A stretch of 12,221 nt of DNA from a bacterium (GTDB lineage: Bacteria > SZUA-182 > DTGQ01 > JAFGSM01), in assembly GCA_049472335.1 (NCBI GenBank), contig JBLIRO010000116.1, positions 1 through 12,221 of the forward strand, read 5' to 3'. This document shows, piece after piece, positions 1 to 6,900 of this stretch (its first letter is position 1; each line of letters starts with the position of its first letter). The position numbers and the translations under genes were made by a program. Under the pieces are notes generated by a model, which saw only the letters and a list, made by a program, of their open reading frames with translations, was not told the DNA's origin and did not search any database.

Positions 1-64
1 AAAATAGAGTCACGGCAAAAATAATAACACCATGAATTATAGCGTTGCGATATCTCCTATTCAT
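1..64 (-). CDS. 5' end of a probable secreted protein gene that runs off the left edge (MNRRYRNAIIHGVIIFAVTLF...)
   Basis: ATG at 64..62, preceded on the minus strand by AAAGGAGG (complement of 73-80). The basic N-region followed by a hydrophobic stretch looks like a Sec signal peptide. Not in the ORF track. Confidence 0.7.
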   Translation of the reverse strand, partial: MNRRYRNAIIHGVIIFAVTLF

Positions 65-284
65 CGCAATTTCCTCCTTTTAAAATTGATGGTTCTGTAA
101 TAAGTCTGAATCGCGGGGAATTATCCAGTGTAGAATATAAATTCAATGTGTAATAGGAATCTGCCTTATCTAAATGAAAGTATAGATAGGGGTTCTACTG
201 TTTAAATTATTTAATTAGTATCTATCTGCAAAATTGCCTGTTCCGTATGGCGTCTCAACTCAATAAAAAAAATAATTGTAAATA

Positions 285-917
285 TCAGAACCGTTCTATC
301 CCGAGCTCACTTAATATGTCATTCATAATAAATGGATCGAGTGAATGGAGCATTGGGTCTCGACCACTGATGTACCAACCGCCTTCCATCCAACCAAACA
401 TGGTGGGGTGCCTAGGTATATATACGCTTGAATCGACTACGTGACTCACAATCATGTCGACTAGTGGCTGCGGCGCTAATATTTCCGATATGGAATAAGT
501 CAAAGTATAAAGCTGACTTCTTGGTTTGGATAATATATCCGTTGCATACTGAGGGATACCTGCTTGTTGCGTCGCATAGCCAATGCTTAAGGAGGTTGGA
601 ATTTTGGCCGTGGATAATGATTGCGCCGGGAAAACGGTTGGTGCAGTCGACATTATCTGAAAATCGGATTGGAACATTGTGGGTATATTAGTTGAGCGTG
701 GTTGAGACAAGAAGTTGTATGCCAAGTACTGGCCCGCAAACTGAGGGTACAGGTGGTACTGGGAGATAGGTGTTCGCTCAACGATGAGGCCGGCAGGTGG
801 CCACAGTAATTCCTGATTTTGTGCCGCACTACGGTGCTCGAAGCAGCACAGTAAAAACGCAAAACCCAAGGCAAAAACCAAAACCAGGACAAAAAATTTG
901 CGAATGAAGTGACGCAT
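285..917 (-). CDS. Hypothetical secreted protein, Pro/Gln/Ser/Thr-rich (210 aa)
   Basis: RBS-like AGAGAGG upstream. Signal peptide MRHFIRKFFVLVLVFALGFAFLLCC...RSAA followed by Q. No recognisable catalytic motif. Confidence 0.75.
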   Translation of the reverse strand: MRHFIRKFFVLVLVFALGFAFLLCCFEHRSAAQNQELLWPPAGLIVERTPISQYHLYPQFAGQYLAYNFLSQPRSTNIPTMFQSDFQIMSTAPTVFPAQSLSTAKIPTSLSIGYATQQAGIPQYATDILSKPRSQLYTLTYSISEILAPQPLVDMIVSHVVDSSVYIPRHPTMFGWMEGGWYISGRDPMLHSLDPFIMNDILSELGIERF

Positions 918-1101
918 ATTTTCCTCCTCTCTCTCAAAAATTTACTAATTAATCATGCATAATCGGAAAGATGATTTACGCCGCCTCCACCTGCTCTTTC
1001 AAAGATCAGTAACATAACATCCGCGTTGTATATGCTATCCCATACATCTTTAATTGACGTAAAAAGGCTTCAAATTTCACTCTGTGATTTTGCGATAGGT
1101 A

Positions 1102-1129
1102 TTGATAGAACTATTAGCTGTGGTATAAC
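1102..1129 (+). promoter_or_regulatory. Candidate sigma70 promoter for the esterase-mutY block
   Basis: TTGATA(1102-1107)-N16-TATAAC(1124-1129) with extended -10 TG at 1121-1122. The AT-rich background raises the chance of a false positive. Confidence 0.35.
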
Positions 1130-1342
1130 ATAATGGCTCCTGCGGCTATGATAGACGTCGGATGTGAAATCTGCATGTGTCTTTACGCTTATATTAATTA
1201 TACAATAAACTGATATTTATCTGCAATGGGAGGATAAATATCTTAGCTCTGACGCATCGGAATATTTTTAACAGTACTCCTGCGATTGCTCAATACAATT
1301 TTAAAAAAATCTTGCTCTCTAATCTATTTTTTTACCAAAATA

Positions 1343-1670
1343 GCTGGTAATGAACCTCTAATTATTCCCAAACAAAAGGGAAAAAACCATATAAGCATAC
1401 CAATCCATTGATTTTTAGAAAGTTACTATCAATATTCAAGAAAAAGGTGCTTTGGTCATTTTTGCCGGAATCGAAGTGCCATTTTTTGACAATGGATTCG
1501 GCGATGGATATAAGGTTCTTGCAAGAAAAACAGGTTCAATTATAATAACCAATATATTAAAGGGAATTTTAGGTCATCCGGATTTGAGGAGTGATAGAAT
1601 AGATCCAAATAGTGATGGTTACACCATTATGGCAAAACAATTTTATAAAGCTTTAAGACCTTATTTTTAA
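1343..1670 (+). pseudogene. Remnant of an SGNH/GDSL arylesterase (TesA-like), C-terminal half
   Basis: NIQEKGALVIFAGI...ILKGILGHPDLRSDRIDPNSDGYTIMA matches SGNH block V (DxxHPN..GY), with His replaced by Asp. An out-of-frame AGNEPL at 1343 resembles block III (GGND). No GDS block I is present. Confidence 0.7.
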
Positions 1671-1701
1671 ATTGATTCTTGAGATTGGATCCTTATAAGA
1701 A

Positions 1702-2565
1702 ATGGAAAATATGTTTGCAAACTTCAACCATGTTTTTACACAGGAAGGGTTGACTGCCTCGGCTATAATGCTATTAAGAAATATTATTTATAATTTCTAT
1801 GCCTCTTCTGGCAGAGATTTGCCCTGGCGCCGGACGGACAATCCATATTGCATTCTTGTCTCAGAGATAATGCTCCAGCAAACCCGGGTGGATCGGGTAA
1901 TACCAAAATATGAGCTTTTCATTAAAACCTTCCCTGATATCTCTTCGTTAGCCAAGGCTCCAACTAAACACATAATAGAACTCTGGCAGGGTTTGGGATA
2001 TAATAGGCGTGCTCTTTCGCTTCATAAATGTGCCAGGATTATAGTTAATGAATTTCAGGCCGAAGTCCCCTCTCATGAAGAAGATCTCAGGCAGCTTCCC
2101 GGGATAGGCAAGGCAACAGCTTCAGCAATTGCTTCTTTTGCCTTTAATAAACCTACTGTATTTATCGAAACGAATATCAGAACGGTCTTTATCCACTTCT
2201 TTTTCAAAAATGATTGGTCTGTACAAGACAGACAGCTATTTCCGCTTATAGAACAGACACTTGACCATTGCAATCCCCGGCACTGGTATTATGCTATCAT
2301 GGACTATGGGGTGTATTTAAAAAAAACCGGAAATGACAATAATAGACAAAGTGCCCATTACAATAAACAAAGCCCTTTTCAGGGATCAAACCGCCAGATC
2401 CGTGGGATGATTCTCAAATATATTCTTACTCATTCTGGCTCTTCAGAGAATGAACTCGTCTGCGATGTCAAAAGTGATTATACGGCAATAAAGAAAAACC
2501 TGATACAATTGGAGAAAGAGGGTTTTATTAGAGCCGATAAAGGGGGCTATAAGATTGCAGAATAA
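1702..2565 (+). CDS. mutY: A/G-specific adenine glycosylase, short MutY-like HhH-GPD protein lacking the [4Fe-4S] cysteine motif
   Basis: RDLPWRRTDNPY-ILVSEIMLQQTRV, WQGLGYNRRA and the HhH motif LPGIGKATA are MutY signatures. No Cys-X6-Cys-X2-Cys-X5-Cys follows MDYG. The short C-terminal domain looks winged-helix-like. Confidence 0.9.
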   Translation: MENMFANFNHVFTQEGLTASAIMLLRNIIYNFYASSGRDLPWRRTDNPYCILVSEIMLQQTRVDRVIPKYELFIKTFPDISSLAKAPTKHIIELWQGLGYNRRALSLHKCARIIVNEFQAEVPSHEEDLRQLPGIGKATASAIASFAFNKPTVFIETNIRTVFIHFFFKNDWSVQDRQLFPLIEQTLDHCNPRHWYYAIMDYGVYLKKTGNDNNRQSAHYNKQSPFQGSNRQIRGMILKYILTHSGSSENELVCDVKSDYTAIKKNLIQLEKEGFIRADKGGYKIAE

Positions 2566-2619
2566 TTCCGGGATTTGCCTGAAATCATAACAATACATAA
2601 CTTAGAGGAGGCTCCTGCC

Positions 2620-2734
2620 ATAAAGAAGGGGTTCTTACAAATCCTGATTGTTTGTTCTTTGTTCTTTTGTCCTTGTTTTTTCTGTTCAGGCCTTTGCTCG
2701 TTGTGAGATTCCCTGCGGTATTTACGATGATGAG
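2620..2734 (+). pseudogene. sodN: 5' remnant of a nickel superoxide dismutase (signal peptide plus Ni-hook)
   Basis: GAGGAGG RBS at 2605-2611 is followed by ATA at 2620. Removing one copy of tandem TTGTTCT (2652-2658/2659-2665) gives (M)KKGFLQILIVCSFVLVFSVQAFA-RCEIPCGIYDDE, i.e. the Ni-hook HCxxPCGxY with His changed to Arg (CGT 2699-2701). Confidence 0.8.
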
Positions 2735-2956
2735 ATAATGGGCATCATGGCGGAGATCCTTTCAGAGGAGTTCTATGCAGAGAAAATCAAAGTGCCGTTT
2801 CTGGAATTTCCAACCAAATCCCAACCTGATTCGAGTGAGCGAAAGAAATTCTGGGAAGATCTGGAAAACTCGATTTCAGAAAAAGCCCTTGTAAAAGAGA
2901 TCAAAGATCGCAAGAAGGTTTATGAACACTCTTTAATGTCTCCGCCTGCAGGTTAA
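2735..2956 (+). pseudogene. Probable C-terminal fragment of an unidentified gene, joined in frame to the sodN remnant
   Basis: Open, protein-like frame (MAEILSEEFYAEKIKVPFLEFP...KKFWEDLENSISEK) that no longer resembles NiSOD. It overlaps convergently with the photolyase fragment. Confidence 0.4.
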
Positions 2957-3089
2957 TTTCCTTTATCCTCTGTTTGTCCAGTCTTTCCAAATTTTTCACC
3001 TGCAAGGCCATACGCGGATTCTTGGAAAGCATTCCTGAATGCCATATGAGAAATTGCCAGTAGAGTGTAGTAAATGGGCAGGCATGGTC
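2901..3089 (-). pseudogene. C-terminal fragment of a cryptochrome/photolyase family protein (FeS-BCP/PhrB-like (6-4) photolyase)
   Basis: The minus strand reads DHACPFTTLYWQFLIWHSGMLSKNPRMALQVKNLERLDKQRIKEINLQAETLK...*. ACPF..LYW.FL and NPRM are the characteristic C-terminal motifs. No start or upstream coding sequence. Not in the ORF track. Confidence 0.85.
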
Positions 3090-3173
3090 AAAGGTAATAA
3101 AGGTATTCTATAAAAATTAACCTAAAAAATATTTGAGAGATCTTTTTTTAATAAAACAAAAGGAGACGTAAAA

Positions 3174-3350
3174 GTGGGCAAAACAGTAAGAGCGAAATTT
3201 TCTGGAGGTTTATTAAAACCTACAGAGAAAATTGATATAGCGGAGGGAAGAGAAGTCTTGGTAACCATTATGAATGGTCCCCTAAAAACCAAAGGGGACG
3301 CGTTTGAAAGAGCGGCTGGCGCGTGGAAAGGAACAATCAATTTAGAATAG
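3174..3350 (+). CDS. DUF104/AF2212-like antitoxin family protein (58 aa, possibly truncated, no toxin partner)
   Basis: AGGAG at 3161-3165 and GTG start. MGKTVRAKFSGGLLKPTEKIDIAEGREVLVTI...AFERAAGAWKG fits the family pattern. It is below the ORF-track length cutoff. Confidence 0.75.
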   Translation: MGKTVRAKFSGGLLKPTEKIDIAEGREVLVTIMNGPLKTKGDAFERAAGAWKGTINLE

Positions 3351-3618
3351 CCAATTGTGCCTTACAAAAAATTTAATTACAATCTATCAACCCTTTGAAA
3401 TCCCAGCTTTCCCTTATGATCCCAACGATAATTTTACGACACTCTTTCAATGAGTATGTAATAGTACAACCCAAAGATGAATAGTGCCTGGTATTCTTAT
3501 AAGTAAAAAAAGTAGATACGGGTGAAAAATTATAATCTGTCATGATAATAAATATTAATAGCACAATATCCTGTGGTCATTTAAATGACATTGTTTCTGT
3601 TATGAGCATTTAAAAATA

Positions 3619-3647
3619 TTGATAAAAAGACTAAAAAGTGATATATT
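3619..3647 (+). promoter_or_regulatory. Candidate sigma70 promoter for the 1563-aa gene
   Basis: TTGATA(3619-3624)-N17-TATATT(3642-3647) with extended -10 TG at 3639-3640. Confidence 0.5.
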
Positions 3648-3648
3648 A

Positions 3649-3720
3649 TATATAAAATTTTACTCACCTTTGTTTAACATACTTTATATAAAATTTTATC
3701 CACCTTTGTTTAATATACTT
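3649..3720. repeat. 36-bp direct tandem repeat, 2 copies, 33/36 identical
   Basis: TATATAAAATTTTACTCACCTTTGTTTAACATACTT (3649-3684) and TATATAAAATTTTATCCACCTTTGTTTAATATACTT (3685-3720). Confidence 0.95.
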
Positions 3721-3910
3721 CTAAGAAATTTCTATTGTTTTTTAATTCTAATAGTTCACTAAAATATGACTCTTTTAAAGAGGTGATACATATTGAGAAA
3801 ATCTTCTTATATGTTCACCAGAGTTTAATTTTCCGTAAATGGAAAGACTAATATAAAGCATGCTTCTGGGAATTAAATACTAAGAGATCAAAGATTAAAG
3901 GAGGAAAGAT

Positions 3911-6900
3911 ATGAGAACACAAAAGGGTACCTTGTGGCACATATTTTCGAGTATTGTTGTTTTAATGGTGATCACATTGCTGACAACGCCTTTACTAGTG
4001 CATGCGGAGGTGTACAATGATGCCTATTCATACGAGGACAGCTTTGAAGATACAAGTGGGTTAAATCTTTCAGAAACGGCTGGTTTTGAGGTTTCTGGTG
4101 GGGCGTTGCAGGCAGTAGCGTCTCCCGCTGTAGCAGTTTCGGAATCTATCAGCCTTCCACAACCAGAGGGAGGAACATTCCTGGGGTGGTCCTTTTTAAA
4201 GATAAACCTCTCAGCCCTTGGCACAAGCTCAAACACCTTGGAAGTCCAAGATTGTAGCGGAAGTACTCTTTTAACGATCAATGCCCTGCCTGAAGGAGAA
4301 AGCGAAATAGATCTGAGTGGCATCTCTGAACCTGCCATCCGATTAATGTGGACAGTAGGTCAAGTAGGCGCCAAGCTGAACTTTTGGAATATTTACGGAA
4401 CAGCCGATGGCGCAACCTGCATTGATGTTTTTCCTGACAGCGACATGGTCAATGCCGGGGATACAGTGACCTTTACAATTTCACTCTCCACAAGTGGCGC
4501 AATGGCCAGAAATCCGGTATTGCGCTTTTCACTTGATGACATTAACGGCTTGCATACACCGGGTGTTGATGACGGATTGGCAGAGGATGCGGAGGTGGAT
4601 TATGGTTGGGGCAATGGCGTTGTGTCCTATCGCCCCCTGGAGTTCGTCTTTTCGTCAAGCGGCCCCAACGGGGAACTCCCTGTAAACGAACCGGCATTTG
4701 GGGAGACTTCCGGCGAAGTGGTGTGGAACCTTAATAATTTGAGTGATGGTTTTTCGGATAATGTTGTAGTCATATTGCGGGTTCCCCAAGGCTACATTAA
4801 TGGTAAATCTTTGGCGGCCCGGGCAATGCTGGAGCATGGCATCTCCTCTGTAATATATACGAACATGATGAGCGTAATAGAGACCTCCAGCCTTGTTACA
4901 GTGAATTCCATGGCGAGTTCTGCTCAATTGATGTATACAAACTATAATAACCTGGGACCAGGTGCGACCAATATTTATGACGCGCCCTATGTCCGAGGCC
5001 CGTTACCGTTGCCCGATACAAATCCATCAGATTTAGAGGATATTACTGTTACTATCACCGGCATTGGGACATGCTTCCCTCTTTTTAAATCCGTAGATGT
5101 AAGATTTGGGTCAGATTTCCAAATAGTAAGCACACCTGCAGTCGGGAAGCCGATCACAGGGTCTGATCCGGTGATTGTTCATTTTGACAGAGGCGATTTC
5201 CATCATTACTGCATTTGGATCTATATTTATTATGATGTGCCGGGTACTTGCAGTGAAGGCGACACAATTGGCACCCAATCCGAAATTGTGGTTGGAAATC
5301 CTTCATGGACCGACACCGACAGCCAACTTCACAATGTCGTCTTCGAAACTTGTCGGCGGGGAACCAATCATGTTCATCGGGTGATGAGAGGGAATGACCC
5401 CGGAAACTACCTCCTTTGGCCTGGATGGACAGAATACTATATCAGGTACGGCTCTCTCAGGACAGGTGAATATTTCACGTCATGGATGCCTTATGGAAAT
5501 GAAGGATGGCGTATCCATACTGTGCCCCTGGACCATAGCTATGACCTTATAGAGATACCTGCAGGCATCACCTTCCACGGAATTCGTCAGTACAATTACT
5601 TAAGCCAGCTTTATAAGGACTGTACAGGGACAGCGCCAGCCCCGACAGATCCGGCATTTAACCATAATACTGATCCTCCGCATACTGTGTGGAAACCGGT
5701 AGATATTGCTTGGTACGGCGCCCCCTTCAGCAATCCCCCGGATGAGAATGATTCAAGGGGTGTGGCATTACCGGGCTGCCGCCTGTTAGGGGTCAAGGAT
5801 AATGATAATCCAGCGTGGCAAGGACCAGACAATGGCATTTGGCGTGTAACTTCACTCTGGCGTATGTGCGATGGCACTTATGGCTGTTCTGAACTTGCCG
5901 AGGGCACAGTTATGTCTCTGATAGGGGGAACAATCTTTACCTATGAGACCGTAACAAATCCAGCGGGCGCTGCTCATGAGTGTTTCACATATAATGGCTG
6001 GCCCCTCTATAAGGAGCTAAAATCCTGGCCTAAAGTCTATGGTTGGCCTGAGGAGAATCAGGTTCCTGCCGGCCAGGTGGCCCATATCATCCTGAATCCC
6101 GAAAATCAGAATCATGCCAGCCAGTGGGTAGACGGGCGATGGGTTGTCAATCTATACGCTATCAGAGAATATATTGACCTGACAGGGATTACCGGTGAAG
6201 TCCTTACAGATGGATTGAATATCCCCGCACCGGATCAGAATGTTTTAGGACAAAGCTGTATCGCAGAAGATGACATTATCTTCAATGTTCCTGATCCAAT
6301 CGGTTGTAGCAGTGCTGTTAATGAAGATGACTCAGCCTGTATGGCCTGGTGGGAAGTACCCCCTGCTTGCCAACCACCAAATGGCTGGGGAAATCCAATT
6401 CCTGGCAACTATGCCAATGATGATTTTGTTCCTATGTACCGCTTCCGCCTGAATGTACCCATTTTAAATACAACTCCGGCAAACACAGTGCTCGATTTTA
6501 TAGGCGAAGTTAGAGTTAATGATCTTACAGTAAGAGGCGCTGATAATGCAGTTGATCCTGTCAGATGGCCAGTTAATAATTATACAGCAAGTACCTCAGT
6601 TACCGTACTTGAACTGCCTGGACTGGATATAACAAAGGCAGGGCCGGTTGCCAAAAAATTGGGAGACACCATTACATATACCCTCGAGGCTACAAACTAT
6701 GGGAATTCTCCCAATGATGGCTGGTATCTGGTAGACTGGCTGCCCAGAGAAGGTGTGAATAGCAGTCAATTTACTCTGGAATATGGTAAAGTCTATATGA
6801 ACCAAATGCCTGAAGACATAATTGTTGAATATAGTTTAGATTCAGGCTGTTTCACTAATCCATTGGGTGGGACCTGGACTGCAGTATCATTACAGGGGAC

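Noticed and set aside
164..191. Hairpin CCTTATCTA/TAGATAGGG as a terminator
   Set aside because: Weak AT-rich stem with a long loop and no U-tract on either strand.
3122..3340. 72-aa minus-strand ORF
   Set aside because: Antisense shadow of the antitoxin-like gene, which has the RBS and family motif.
3696..3704. Replication origin suggested by a DnaA-like box
   Set aside because: Single imperfect box, no cluster and no oriC-type gene context.
3649..3720. CRISPR array (36-bp repeats)
   Set aside because: The copies are directly adjacent with no spacer, and there are no cas genes.
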